Below are positions 37,420 through 51,544 of a stretch of 64,000 nt of DNA, piece by piece; the stretch's first letter is position 1, and each line of letters opens with the position of its first letter. Position numbers and translations under genes: made by a program. The stretch comes from Octopus sinensis (taxonomy: Eukaryota): assembly GCF_006345805.1 (NCBI RefSeq), contig NC_042999.1, positions 75,268,001 through 75,332,000 of the forward strand, given 5' to 3'. A model generated the notes under the pieces. The model saw only the letters and a program-made list of their open reading frames with translations. It was not told the origin of the DNA and searched no databases.

Positions 37420-37821
37420 GGATCTTTTCGGTTTGAACGGCAGTTTTTAACATAATTTCTAGGTAACTAAAACATTTTAAACTTCGTATACTGGTAGAAT
37501 GTGTTTATAAAACATCTTTTTCTCTTGGCTTTATTGAGAAAATTCTATAGTTTGTAAGATATTTGTTGTTGTTTTTTCTGCAATTTCAACCAATTACTGA
37601 CGTCTATTGAGGTAAAAAACATTCTGTGCCGTATGAATATGTCCCTCGTTTAAGAAGCAGATTGGGTTTATTTACATTTGTGAAGAAAAAAAGATACCCT
37701 TCCCCTCACCCTAACCCTAAAACAGATTGAAATGCAATAGATCGATACTAGGGTCATAATTATGGGTGACAATTTCATATGACACCGCTAGAAAAAACTG
37801 CCGTTCAAACCGAAAAGATCC
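37420..37821. mobile_element. 402-bp MITE, opposite orientation to 9215-9615, 8-bp TSD caaattgt
   Basis: TIRs GGATCTTTTCGGTTTGAACGGCAGTTTT / AAAACTGCCGTTCAAACCGAAAAGATCC; TSD at 37412-37419 and 37822-37829. Confidence 0.9.
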
Positions 37822-37856
37822 CAAATTGTTCCCAATTATTAGATTACTATGAAAAA

Positions 37857-38530
37857 GCGGCGAGCTAACAGAATCGTTAGCATGTCGGGCAAAATGCTTA
37901 GCGGCTTTTTGTCCGTTTTTACGTTCTGAGTTTTAATTCCTCCGAGTTTAACTTCGCCTTACATCCTTTCGAAGTCGATAAAATAAGAACCAGTTGAGCA
38001 CTGGAGTCGACATGCCCATTCCTAAAGAAATTCCTTGCCTTTTACCAAAATTTGAAATCAATATTAGATTACTTAGAAAAGCAACAGACTAATAGAATCG
38101 TTAGCACGCCAGACAAAATGTTTCGCGGGTATTTTTTCCGGTGTGCAAAATGCTTCGCAGCATTTTATCAAGTACTGGGATCGATGTAAACGACCTACTC
38201 CCTCGCCCACAGAATTCAGGCTTTGTGCCAACAGTAGAAAGGGTTATTAAGTTATTGAGAAATGAGGTGAGATGGCAGAATCATAAGCACCTCAGAAAGA
38301 TGCTTAGCGGCATTTTTTTCTCCGGCTGTATGTTCTGAGTTCAAATTCTCAAATTCTGTCGAGGTCGATTTTGCTTTTCATCTTTTCTGAGTCGATATTT
38401 TTAATATAAGTGGAGAACAGCGGTTGATGCAATTGACCAGCACCCTCCCGCCAGAGCTGAGATCCTGTGCCTATAGCAGAAAGGATTCTGCTAATGAGGA
38501 AGGCATTTATAGTCACATTGTGCCATATTA
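37857..38530 (+). mobile_element. Head-to-tail cluster of SINE family B copies
   Basis: Three GAATCGTTAGCA-type heads at about 37857, 38090 and 38270. Confidence 0.75.
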
Positions 38531-39589
38531 CGATATAGGCTCAGGCGAGTCTGTGCGGTTAAGAAGTTCATATTGCAACCATGTAGTTTCGGGTTCTGAC
38601 CCATTGCGTGGCACTTTAAGGCAAGTGTTTTCTACTATAGCTGCTGGAAGACTAATGCCTTGTGTGCGAATTTGGTGTGGGTATTTGTCGTGTTCACACA
38701 CACACACACACACCTGTTCTGTCCTTTACTTGCCATCTCCAGGTGTTTTCTATTTCGTACAAGTTTGCATATTCTTCTGAGAACGTTTTACATATTAGAG
38801 GCTCTGTTTTTACTGAGTCTATTTGCAGGCTTTTTCTATTTTTCCAAGTGGCGAAAAACAACAGTCCTTCTCTTAAATTTGCTTCTCTCCTCAACCATAG
38901 ACTTAAATATTGGGATTATTTCTTCGAACAATTTGAGCATGTGACTGAGGAAGAAGAAATATATTTCCGACAGTTTGCAGGCATGACCTTTATCTCTGTA
39001 GCAGAATATCGAGTAACATTCCTCCCTACCAAGACTCTTAGAATAAAATTTTAGGACTTCCCAGTACAATAATCCCTCGCCATATCCGGGTTCACTATCG
39101 CGGTTTATTATTTAAGCTTACGCCAATTCCTCCGTGGTGTTGTTTTGTTTTATAATAAAATAAATATATACAAATTATAAAAATGATAATAAAACAAGAG
39201 CACTCAGAGAGCACAAACCTCCACCAAGGCAACATCAATGTCCTCTCAACTATTAGCCAGAGATGATTTTTAAAATGAGAATATCTGAAATAAGCTCGAC
39301 TGCTCTCACAAACGAAAATACTAAAAAAGAACACGACTGCTCTCAAAAATTAAGTAAAAAAAAACAAAAAAAAACAGGAAAAATAATCCAGAATCCTTGT
39401 CTGGTATCAGATCGAGTTGTGTCTTAAATTTATTGTTGGATTGTTTTGCTGTTTACGAGGAAGTGGGCGTTTTATTGTTTTGAACTTTTGATAGTGTTAT
39501 TTGATGAAACCATTTGATTACTTACTGAAACCATTGTTGGATTATTCTTGAAATCTTTTTGTGTGTGTGTTTTACCCCCGTGTGGGGAA

Positions 39590-40700
39590 GCTTGCATTAT
39601 GGCAAGCTCGAATTAACTAAATATGGAAGGGTTATTGAGTGAAGAGGAATTGGAAAGGATTGTGGAAAAAACATAAATAGAAGAAGAAACTAAGAATGGA
39701 CATTACTGATAATCTATATGAGGGTCTCATTACTCCGGCACCGTGAGCCCGAGAAAAAGAAAAGGAGACGGATAACCCTCCGTCTCCAGACACCGTCTGA
39801 GGTAAGTCGTTTTAATGGCTGTTTACGTAGGATGTATAAGTGTGCGTGGCCTGACGTCGAGCTGAAAACAAGGACGTTTCCTAAATGACGTCAGGGCACG
39901 AGGCTTAGATGTCATTGTTGCTACTGAAACTCGGTTAAAAGGGCCACGAGATCTGCTCCCGCTCCTGAATGGCTACGAGAGGTTCGCTTCTCCAGGCCCA
40001 CCGGGTGGCGTGGGTGAGGTGTTGGTCCTACTTAAAAGAAACCGAGTTTCAGAGAAAAAGTTAATTTTTTTCTGATCCAGAAGGTAGACTGGTCGTTTTA
40101 GATTTGACATTCAGTTGTGGTAAGGAAATTAGGCTCGTTGCAGTTTATGCACCTAATTCAAGTCAGACTGATTATTACCGTAATTTGGAGAAGTTTCTAG
40201 GCACGCCACGTTCACTAGTTGTGTTAGGAGACTTTAACACTATTCTCGATGCGCGTGTGGATAGTGTTGGCTCGAATCGTAATAGAAAACCGAACATAGG
40301 CTTCCGGGATTTACTAAGTCACTTTCAACTAGTAGATCCCTACAGACTAGAATTCCCGAACGCTCCATTGTGGACATGGTCAAATAGCGACAGGTCGTCT
40401 AGGTCTTACGTAGATAGGATATTTATTAGAAAATTTGATAAAGAAATAGTTACGCGTCCACAATTTCACTTGGTCAGTTACAGTGACCCCAAGATGGTAA
40501 CTTGTAAACTGAACCTAGATAAGATATTTAGTAAGGGTTCCGGCTACTGGAAACTCAATAAGTCCATTTTGGCGATTGAGGAGTACAGGAACCGGATTAA
40601 GTTACTAATACAGGGGGCGTTAACCGATTCCATTATCAACAACGAATGGTGGTACGCCCTCAAAAGAGCCATTAAATTCGAGTCTATTAGATATAGCATA
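39590..40700 (+). mobile_element. Tx1/L1-like LINE 5' part (ORF1 end and ORF2 AP-endonuclease)
   Basis: ATG at 39815: MAVYVGCISVRGL...LDVIVATETRL; LVAVYAPN, VVLGDFN, RSYVDRIF, GSGYWKLNKSIL. Confidence 0.85.
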
Positions 40701-41760
40701 CATCCCAGATGTATTTTTGATCCATTAGATAACTTTCTAATCAGTCATATATGGGACATCGTGGCCCACTCTAGCAAATACTTATTACTGTTGGAGACAT
40801 ATCCAGGTGTAGGAGGATGGTCCGGGATTTTTTTGAGAAATTTGTCCAGAGAACTTTTGAATTTTATGGGATCTGTTTTCGTTTTGATGTATTTTGGTAT
40901 AATATTAAAGAGAACTGGACCGGTTGAGGTAAATCAGTTGTGTCGTAATGTTGTTATATGTCTCAAGTTCGATTTTTGTAGTGGGCGGAGAGCTCGGGGG
41001 CCAAGTCTTGGGTGGATTTTAAAATTGATGCCAACATCATTTGTACAATATTGATGGAATATTTTCCACATCACACAAATGATGTAGCGCTCATGGCGGC
41101 GGTGGGGAGAGTAGAGATTGGATTTTTTAGTCGACCCCAGTAGTCAATATCTGTCATGCCGTCTTTCTTTCTTGTTATTGACCTCTGGAGTGCTTCCCCT
41201 TTCATGATGCTTTGCTTCGTGTGGGGAGATCACAGTGGGCAACAGTATTCAGGGTGGGACACCATTACTGACTTTGGCTGAGCTTGATCGGATCCACTCG
41301 ACCACAACATGTTGGGTTCTGTTCGTCAGAAAACACTTTATCCACTGCAGCAGCTTTCCGCAGACTCCAATGTTGGACAGTTTCTTCAGCAGGATTTCGT
41401 GGGCCACTCTGTCAAAATGCCTTGCTGAAATCAGGGTATATGACATCAGTGTTGGAGCCTTCTCCCAAAGCTTTTAAAATGTCATCAAAACGGTCCAGAA
41501 GCTGCGACAGACGGTCCCTACCAACACGGAAATTATGCTGGCTGGGGTTCAGCAGATTGTTGCCTTCGAGGAAGTGGGTTATTCGCGATCTCACCGTCCT
41601 CTGAAATGATTTAATGATATGGGAGGTGAGTGAAATCGAACGGTAGTTCGCTGCAAGAAATTTGTTTCCCTTTTTTTCAAAATTGGAATGACAGACTGGG
41701 ATAGAAAATGATCTGGGATTTAGCTTGCGTCAAGTAAATTCCTCTAGAGCTCAGCCAGAG
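40700..41760 (-). mobile_element. CR1-clade LINE remnant with internal deletion
   Basis: NYRSISLTSH, SQHNFR, YPDFSKAFDRVAHEILLKKL, NGVP; downstream DYWGRLK...RRHERYII and FKSSLDKFLKKIPDHP. Confidence 0.85.
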
Positions 41761-42723
41761 GGGGTGCAATTTGATGTCGACATATCTTTAGGACAGTAGC
41801 CGGGAACCTATCGTGACCTACTACCGCGTTGTGCTTGATCTTATTTATCAATGCTTTATTTTACAAACACTATTGTGTTTTCCATAGTTTAAATTTCCAG
41901 TGTGAGCCGTGTATGCAGTCCCTTTATTCTCATCTAGACTTAACGTTTCTACTTCCTTTTGTAGTTGATATGCTATATTCTTTGGCAATTCATTGCTGTT
42001 TTCTTATTGTAAAAGTCAAACAATACGTGTTGCTCTCCTTTCTCTAAATGACACAATCTCAGAATTATTAGGAAATATTTCGAAGAATCAGAGGCTATTG
42101 AAAAAGCAAACTATGTTCTATAATATATTCTACACGTTTTTGTACAAAATAGAGCACTAAAATATTTCCACATAGAACTTCTTTAATTTTCCCACATGGG
42201 TTTTACTATCAATAAGTCATTGTATATTTCTTTGACAATTTTTACTCCACAGTCATCATTTATATATAACTGATGATGCTTCACAGCGTTCTGCATTTCT
42301 GATTTTGTCATCTTGCGTTGATCAAGCTGTGGAGAAAAATGATGACAATGATGACGAACCAAAAATATGGGTAGACTTCTCTCTTGCATACGTCAGTTCG
42401 ACTAGTCCACTATGAAAAATTGCTAAGTCTGTAAAAGAAACAAAATCGTATAGCATATCATAAGGTTTTGACTTAATCTTTTTAAAAAATGCTGAAAATT
42501 AAGGAATATTCAGATATACTGAAGATGATATATTGCAAAAACTGCTTTCTATTATTTTCCTGTTACAGAAGTCGAACTCACAGAACGATCATAATTCAAC
42601 AGAAGTTAAATATGGTTTAGGACAGTAATTCATAGACATAATATAAATTTTCAATTTACCATATCAGTCAAAGCAAAATTTACATAAATATGTTATAGAA
42701 AATGTGTATACATATATTCATCT

Positions 42724-42957
42724 AAGGCGGCGAACTGGCAGAAACGTTAGCACGCCGGGCGAAATGCGTAGCCGTATTCCATCTGCCGTTACGTTCTGAG
42801 TTCAAATTCCGCCGAGATCGACTTTGCCTGTCATCCTTTCGGTGTCGATAAATTAAGTACCAGTTACGCACTGGGGTCAATATAATCGACTTAATCCGTT
42901 TGCTTGTCCTTGTTTGTCCCCCCTATGTTTAGCCCCCTTGTGGGTAGTAAAGAAATA
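42724..42957 (+). mobile_element. SINE family B (Meta-domain-like), well-preserved copy
   Basis: GGCGGCGAACTGGCAGAAACGTTAGCACGCCGGGC head, GAGTTCAAATTCC B-box, GATCGACTTTGCCTGTCATCCTTTCGGTGTCGATAAATTAAGTACCAG core. Confidence 0.85.
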
Positions 42958-43424
42958 TATACATATATTCATGTTTTACAAAGTTTATTGATTAAAATGT
43001 GTTGTGGAAAGTGTAACTGACCTGATGTAAAGAGAAAAGCAGATAACGTACATGTTTTTAACAGTAAGTATGATTATCCTTTTATGTATCTCGTAATTTG
43101 AGACAGCCGATGATTCTGTTCTGTGTTCTCGATGTCTGTGGAGGTAGAGCAGCAGATCGATCTGTCCTATGGATGTGAAAACCGAAGAAAGCAATGTCGC
43201 TGATGCAATTTGTATACTCTCGGAGGAAACCAAGAGCTAACAACATGCTAAAGGAACGAGAAAGGATTAATTCTGTTGTGCTTTAATATAAACGGTTGTT
43301 AGGTTACTACTCTGCCACTAGTCATAATGAGACGTGCGAAAATAATAGAAACGCTAAAATCTCACCTGAACAATAAACGCTACAAAGCTATATTTACTTT
43401 ATTTTGATATTACTATTACATATA

Positions 43425-43960
43425 AGGCAGCGAGCTGGCAGAATCGTTAGCACGCCGGGCAAAATGCTTAGATGCATTTTATCCGTCTTTACACGGATCG
43501 ACTTTGCTTGTCATCCTCTCTGGGTCGATAAAATAAGTACCAACTGAACACTTGGGTTGATGGAACAGACTTAGCCCCATTCCCAAACTTGTTGGACTTG
43601 AGCTAAAATTTGAAACCGATATTATTATTACACATAAGGCGGTGAGCAGGCAGAATCGTTAGCACATCGGGCAAAATGCTTCGCAGCATGTCATCCGTCT
43701 TTACGTTCTGAGTTCAAATTCCACTGAGGTCGATTTTTGCTTTTCATCCTTTTGAGGCCTTTCCTACCAAATTTCAAGCCTTGTGCCTATAGTAGGAAGG
43801 ATATAATTGCACAAACAGCGGCAAGCAGGCAGAATCATTAACACGCTGGACAAAATGTTTAGCAGTATTTCTTCCGGTTTTGCGTTCTGAGTCCAAATGC
43901 CGCCGAGGGTCGATAAAATAAGTACTACTTGAGCACTGAGATAGTTATAGTCGACTTATT
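43425..43960 (+). mobile_element. Three tandem SINE family B copies
   Basis: Heads at about 43425, 43637 and 43820. Confidence 0.8.
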
Positions 43961-44375
43961 TCCGCCATAAAATTGTTGAGCAACTGAAAATGCATGTTAG
44001 TGGTTAGTCTGTGCGTGCATATGTGTGTGTGTGTGTGTGTGTGTCCTCAAAACCCTAACCGTCACTTGCAAGCGAGTATAATTTGTAAGAATAATACCAT
44101 GCTTTCAAAGGTTTAAATATCTATATTCTAGTGAGCATAGATACCCTCCCGACCTTTCCACTTTTGATTGCCCACTAAAATCAAAGGACAGTTGGCAAGA
44201 AAGAGGGATATACCAACGCCTCAGCTTGTAGCCATTTTCAGCTGAGTTGATTGGATAACAGTGAAATGTGACACATCACATCACCTGATTCAAGAATCGA
44301 ACCCTCTCTCTCTCTCCCTCCCTTTCTCTATTTCTCTTTCTCTATTTCTTTCTTTCTTTCTCTCTCTCTCTCTCT

Positions 44376-44435
<60 letters not shown>

Positions 44436-46099
44436 TAATAATATCAGGGTAAGAAGAAATTTTAGAAATTTTTACTACCAGTGGCTTAGCGTGTAGAAAA
44501 ATTAGCCAATAGACTATATATTATTCATATAAATACAGTGTACATTTAAACACATAAGAGGTAACCATCATAGGAAACCTAGCACGCTAGAAGGAATAGC
44601 CAAAATCCAAACCACTATTAGGGATAAATTTCGAAGGGTATGAAAAATAAAAACATTTACCATCCATCTCCTGGACCATGATTTCTAGCTCTATATCAGC
44701 AAATAGAATAATTTGCCGGGCAGAGCTTTCATCAACAGGTACGCCGGCGTACATGTAAACATGTAAAACTGAGTGAATGAAATAATGTTGCAAAATTCCG
44801 GTTTCTTTTGGGTATTCCCCTCGCATGCATATACTAATCAGTTTGTATATCCATTAGACTACAAGAGGTGTATTAAAAAAAAGAGCTTTGCCACTTTGTT
44901 TAGTGACCAACTGGAATTCTGCAAAGAAAACGTCTTAAACGAATCCCCCCAAAATAACAGATATACAGACATACATATACACATGCGCAAACACAAGCAC
45001 AGGATGAGGAAAGTATTATAATTGTTCAGTATAGACTTCTTGGACACACGTACGTACTCTCACGCACACCACAAATTTACAGAGGATTTTCACAGTAGTT
45101 TCTGCTTAAATTATATAATTACTTCATTTTGATGTAAGAATATTAATTAAGGATATATTCTACTGAACTGATAAAACTTGACAACTCAAACTAATATTAC
45201 GCAATTATTTTCAATCACTTTCAGTTTAGGCTACAATAAATATAAAGTGGTTGTTGAAATAGTGCAAAATATTAGCGTTAAATAGCTTAGTGACTTCTGC
45301 GATATATGCGTAGTGAAGATAAATGTTTTGGCCAGTTATAATGTTCTATAATCAATATATCGCACTCTGTTTACACCTTCAACATATAAATTATTAATAA
45401 TCAATAAGTCATGTTAATAAGCACATATCCAAGCAACATGATCGAAAACGATGTTACTCAGCTGGAGCTTAAAGCAATTTCACCATCAAAACAGCATCAA
45501 AATAACAAAATAAACTAAAATGAAAATAAAATATGAAAATATTAGAAAATAATTGCTTACGGTTTCGAGTTGGTGATAAGAAAGAACGAAGTGATATTTT
45601 TGTTCGTGTGTGTTGAACGTGGCAGAGTGTTAAGTAATATCAGCTTAAATACAACTAAACTAAAGCCTCATTTAGAGAGAAAAAAAACCATTGGAATTTC
45701 TAAAATATCCAGAAGATTTTAAAAGAAGGTGTTCGAAATTGAATCATAAAAAACCCCTATTTTCGTAATTTATGTAAATATTAAAAAAGTGCTATACTTG
45801 TTTCATATCACATTGACAATCAACAAGAAAAATCAGAAGAAGCACATACAACTGAAAAAAAAAGTTTAAACCATAAGCACAGCATTTAATGGAATGAATG
45901 GTAAATATAAAATATGTCCAAAAATATCGAATACATACGGGTTTCTAAGGACAGTTTCAAAGTCTGTTCATGAAAAGTCAAACCTTTAAAAAGTTCTTTG
46001 TTACTAACAATGGTTAGAATTAGTTCATTATCGTTTCGAATGATGAAAGAGGCAAAAGTCGTTCATTGAAGAAAAATTAAATATTGTGTAAACTGAATC

Positions 46100-46880
46100 C
46101 AGGTATTTACACTGGTGGAGTTACAACCGGGCTAGGGAAATTGTCCGGTTCATTTGCAAGAATAAAAACAACAAATAAAATCAAAGTGTTGAAAGTATCC
46201 ACTACCGTTTTCATCGCCAGTTACAAGCAGTGAAACATATACAGAAAAATCCCAAATCAGTAATAAATGATGCTGATAGAAATATGGGAGGTCATTGCTC
46301 AACTTTACTGCTGTATACTGAAGAACGCTGGTTTTCGAATATAAAAGTGTGGTGTAGTTTTTTTTGAATTGCGTGACGAAATTGTATTATTTCTATCAAA
46401 GCATCCTTTTGAGCTTTCAACTAAACTAAAGGATTTTCTATCGTATATTCCTGCAGTGTGCCAATATATGTTTTGAATGCACTTACGTATCAACTAAAAC
46501 TTTGAGGTGATTGTGTCCGCTAAGTGTGATGTTGAATGTTTTGAGAACCATAGTATATTTTTACTACCGCACACAATTTTTTTTAGTCAAAATACAAAAG
46601 ATTTAGTTTTGTAAAGTTTATCTGGAATGTGTAAATCAATAACTGCATTCCCCGGTTAAAACTGAAAAACAACATTGGGCTGACAACCCAATTATTGCCT
46701 TGTTAAACTTAAGCAATCTTTCACGGGAAGAAAGCAGCAATACATTACAACAGATTTTTACAAAAGAAAAATTGTAATAAGTTGAACTGACAAAATTTTG
46801 GGTTGCATAATTAATGGAGTACCTTACTAAAAGCACATATGCTATAAAAGTGCAAGTTCAATTTCTATCATCATGCTTAT
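46100..46880 (+). mobile_element. Degenerate hAT (Buster/Charlie-type) transposase remnant
   Basis: ESIHYRFHRQLQAVK (CxxH-like); LLLYTEERWFS..V...FELRDEIVLFLSKHPFELS (one frameshift in a poly-T); FW..I..EY near the C-terminus. Confidence 0.65.
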
Positions 46881-47479
46881 GTGGAAGAACTTTTTACTGT
46901 ATTCAATAATAGAAAAGAAAAAAAAGAAAGGAGCTGAATAAGGAAGCAGCCTGACAATTACAAGTAACATCTATAATTCTAAAAATTTAAACTTTGTGGC
47001 AAGGAGTAGGCTCATCCGATTCACTAACTTTCAGTGTCTTAGTTACGAACCCGAATTTTCGAAATCTTAGGCTACGTAATAGCAGAGTCGTTGGAGGAGA
47101 GGATCTTGCGGTAATTGCTCCAGTTCTCTGCAATCTGAGTTCACATCACGTGGAGGTCAACTTTACCCTTGATCCTTTTTGGAGTCGATACAATAAGTAC
47201 TAGTTCAAGGCAGTAGATTTAAGGAATTATTAGCGCGTCGAACAAGATGTCTTGCAGTATCTGTTTCCACGCTTTTCTTTCTGAGTTCTTGGGTGGAAAA
47301 CTTAACCCGTTGTCTGAGTAGAGTTTACTCTGTTGCAAGCAGTCGGGCTAGGTTTTCGGTTTGAGCATTACTTCCTTTTTCTCCTACTAATATTACAGAC
47401 TCCGAAAAATAAAGCAATACAAAAAAAATGTTATTTAATTTTTATGTATAACATGACTGCGGTATGTATATATATTTAC

Positions 47480-47899
47480 TCTTTTACTTGTTTCAGCCAT
47501 TTGACTGCGGCCATGCTGGAGCACCGCCTTAAAGGGTTTTAATCGAGGAAATCGACCCCAGGACTTATTCTTTGTGAGCCTAGTACTTATTATATCAGTC
47601 TCCTTTGCCGAACCGCTAGGTTACAGGGACGTAAGCACACCAACATCGGTTGTCAAGCGATGGTGGGGGAACAAACATAGACATAAAGACACATACATAT
47701 ATATATGCATATATATATTCGACGGGCTTCTTTCAGTTTCCGTCAACCAAATCCACTCACAAAGCTTTGGTCAGCTCGAGGCTATAGTAGAAGACACTTG
47801 CCCAAGGTGCCACGCAGGGGGACCTTGGGCAAGTGTCTTCTACTATAGCCTCGAGCTGACCAAAGCTTTGTGAGTGGATTTGGTTGACGGAAACTGAAA
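47480..47899 (-). mobile_element. SINE family A copy ending in a perfect 78-bp fold-back
   Basis: 47731-47808 is the exact reverse complement of 47822-47899, with a 13-nt spacer. Confidence 0.85.
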
Positions 47900-47902
47900 C
47901 AT

Positions 47903-47971
<69 letters not shown>

Positions 47972-48229
47972 GAGAAGAGAGAGAGAGAGGTTTATACAAA
48001 AAGTATAATAATATCTAATAGAAGTAGGTACTCTATCCACAAATTTTCACAAACTATCAATACAAATAGCACTAAACACGAATATATTGCAGAAAGAACA
48101 GACAAAACAAAACATTCTACGAATTAAAAAAATAACTAAAACAGACAACAAAAAAATTGAATACAGCATGGGAACTGAAACGTGTCAACTAGCAGTTTCA
48201 AAGTTATTAAATGAACCGGAGAGCATCAA

Positions 48230-48850
48230 GGAACAGAACCACACCTGGAGAAAATAAGGGCTCGGTAGTAGTGTTTCCCAACTGGATATTACCAAAGTTA
48301 ATTGTAAAGCAGAATATCAAATTGGAATGTTTCATGCGGGGAAGATTTGATGATACTATCGCTCAAATAGTAGCTGGGTTATCAACATTGGTTGCAGCAG
48401 AGTGCAAAGGAAGATGTTAGAGCGTTGCTACCAGACTTTATTAGACGAAATGTAGAGAAATAAAGGACTCCAGCTGTCGGAAAATGGTATAATCGTGTCC
48501 TGCAGAGTGTGCTATAAAATTAAAATGTTGCGATGTCCTGGACTATGTAAGTGTATATAAAGGGACAAAAGTGAACTGATCAGGCGTCACTATAAAAGGC
48601 AAGATGACATTGCTCAAATGACAATAACACCTCAAGAAAGGAAGTTGAAAACTCTCCAAATTTAAAGACATGAAAATTGAAACGCTAAGAAGCTAGAATA
48701 CGGACAAAACATTCAAAGTCATTATAAGGACGCTAGAATTTGTCAAAAGAAGTACGGAGAAAAGAAAATTTTTAGGGAAACATTCCGTTCGGGAAGATTA
48801 AGAGACAGTGTTTCGAGACAATGACAATATTCTGCATAAACTATTGTATT
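48230..48850 (+). mobile_element. Degenerate R4/Dong-like LINE 3' fragment
   Basis: CFMRG..DDTIAQIVAG.STL..AE (CCHC-like), then KLSKFKDMKIE and VII..L motifs. Confidence 0.6.
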
Positions 48851-49133
48851 TCAGAAGAGGGGGAAAAAAGGCTGATAACTAAATTTACTCTTCTTAAGGG
48901 GCACAGGAAGGATCCATGAGAACTTGTATCCCTAACTGGAAGATGATGTTGATCACCATATCAAATATAATATAATAAAATATATGTACATATATATACA
49001 CACACAAATATGTGTTTATATATGTGCATATATACACATATATTTGTGTGTGTGCATATATATGTGTGTATGTGTACATGTGTGTGTGTGTGTATATATG
49101 TATATTTAGATGTGTGTAATATGTGTGTATATA

Positions 49134-49993
49134 TCTTATACTTAAATGGCAATTTCTGTCTGTCGATCTGTCTGTTACCATATTGCTGCCTACACAAGCA
49201 AACCAACCCTGACGAAACTTTGCTTACATGTTAAACTAACATCCTGTCCAATTATAGGCTAATTGGATTTCAATAAAAAGCTATAATGAGCTCTCTAGTG
49301 GGGTTGGGCTATTTGATGAAATGAGAAGAGTTTAAAGAGTGTTAATGTGAGGGAAATGTGGTGGCATAGTGAGTGTGGCTGATATCAGAGAAGGGGAGAA
49401 CAGCGTTGTGTAAATGACAAATATGGAGTGGCACTGGCATGATAACGTTTATACAGCAGTTATTTACGGATAAACACGCAATTCTGCATGCATACTTTAG
49501 TAAATACATAGATACCTATTTCTTTATTACCCACAAGGGGCTAAACACAGAAGGGACAAACAAGGACAGACAAACGGATTAAGTCGATTATATCGACCCC
49601 GAAAGGATGAAAGACAAAGTCGACCCCGGCGGAATTTGAACTCAGAACGTAACGGCAAACGAAATACCGCTAAGCATTTCGCCCGGCGTGCTAACGATTC
49701 TGCCAGCTCGCCGCCTTAAATACATAGATACCAGCATACATACACATGCTTACACAAGTACACACATATTCACCTACACATAACTAACTTTTAAAACGCC
49801 AAGGAAGGGAAAGAAAGGTGGGTGCGAGGAATACGTAGCTTTAAGGAGAGAGGCGGGGGGCGGTTTTTCTGCTGTCCATCGTAAACACTCGCACAGACAC
49901 ATACGCATACATACATATGCATGCATACATAATAATACATATATCTACTATACACCATTTTAAACTCGTGATTACCTGTGTGTACGTTTGTAA

Positions 49994-50058
<65 letters not shown>

Positions 50059-50548
50059 TGTGTGTGATGTCCTATAACTCTCTGTCTCCCGAAATAATTT
50101 TCCACGTTAAATCCGATTTTGTTATTTATTTGTTCTAGAAAAATTGCAGAAAAATGTTACTGAGGTTTAAAGTTTAATCAATTTTACCTAATCAGAAAAC
50201 AGGATTTGGAAGCTGGCATTTTCTGCATGATAGATGTCTATCACAAAATGAATGGAAAATCATTACGAGGAGGAATTTTTTTATTAAACAAACGAAAGGA
50301 AAGCATTATGACGACCAAGTTGTAAGAACTTCTGAAGTCTTAATAAGTTTTAATGACGTAAATAATGTTACGAGGAAAAAAATCTTCAACGAATTTTTTT
50401 TTTAGCGAAACAGCGAAACATTGCTCAAATCTGTCCTGTTCAAGAAGCCTATCCGTCCGGGAAGGCATGGTCTGACATCGAATAAATAAAAGTTTATATA
50501 AGACATTGTATTGTAAAAATTGCCCGGCAACGACGGGCTATCCAGCTA

Positions 50549-50549
<1 letters not shown>
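49134..50549 (+). mobile_element. Putative non-autonomous Helitron with a nested SINE B (49517-49717, -) and microsatellites
   Basis: A|TCTTATACTTAAA 5' end at 49134; GCCCG-GCAACGA-CGGGC hairpin at 50522-50538, then CTAG|T at 50546-50550. Confidence 0.6.
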
Positions 50550-50591
<42 letters not shown>

Positions 50592-50693
50592 AAAATATAT
50601 ATACACGTATGTATATGTATATATACATGTATTATATATATATACATATATGTATATATATGTATATATATATATATACACATATATACGTAT

Positions 50694-50758
<65 letters not shown>

Positions 50759-50804
50759 CATATATACATATATGTATATATAAGTCTATATATATATATA
50801 TATG

Positions 50805-50841
<37 letters not shown>

Positions 50842-50865
50842 TTATCTATATATATATATAATAAA

Positions 50866-51117
50866 ATAGATGCGCCCTTCTAAAGCCTAACCAGGCTCAT
50901 GGGCCTGTTTTCCCGGTTTCTATGGCGTATATGTTCCCCAGCTAGACGGGACGCCAGTTCATCGCAGCGATACTCATTTTTGCCAGCTGAGTGGACTGGA
51001 GCAACGTGAAATGAAGTGTTTTGCCTCAAGAACACAACGCATCGCCCGGTCCAGGAATCGAAACCACAATCTTACGATCATGGTGCTAACACCCTAACCA
51101 CTAAGCCACGCGTCTCC
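50866..51117 (-). mobile_element. V-domain-like tRNA SINE (family E)
   Basis: Head GGAGACGCGTGGCTTAGTGG...GGTTTCGATTCC, then GTGTTCTTGAGGCAAAACACTT...GCTCCAGTCCACTCAGCTG. Confidence 0.75.
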
Positions 51118-51172
51118 ACACACACGTACACACACACACACACACACACACATATATGTGTGTGTGTGTGTG

Positions 51173-51260
<88 letters not shown>

Positions 51261-51280
51261 CATACACACACACACACATA

Positions 51281-51492
51281 TTCTACTTGTTTCACTCATT
51301 TGACTGCAGGAAATCGACCCCAGGGTCTTATACTTTTGTAAACCTAGAACTTATTCTATCGGTTCTATTTTGCCGAACTGCTACGTCACGGAGACGTAAA
51401 CACACCATCATCAGTTATCAAGCGATGGTGGGAGGACAAACACTGACACACAAATACACAGACACACACGTACACACACACACACACATATA

Positions 51493-51544
<52 letters not shown>

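Noticed and set aside
40104-41054. 316-aa ORF as a novel gene
   Set aside because: Chimera: Tx1-like endonuclease up to ~40700 running into the antisense strand of a CR1 3' end
42040-44830. Short exon-like segments (e.g. LDQRKMTKSEMQNAVKHHQ at ~42200-42330; ELEIMVQEMD at ~44660-44690)
   Set aside because: Isolated splice-like signals, no recognisable homology and no consistent chain
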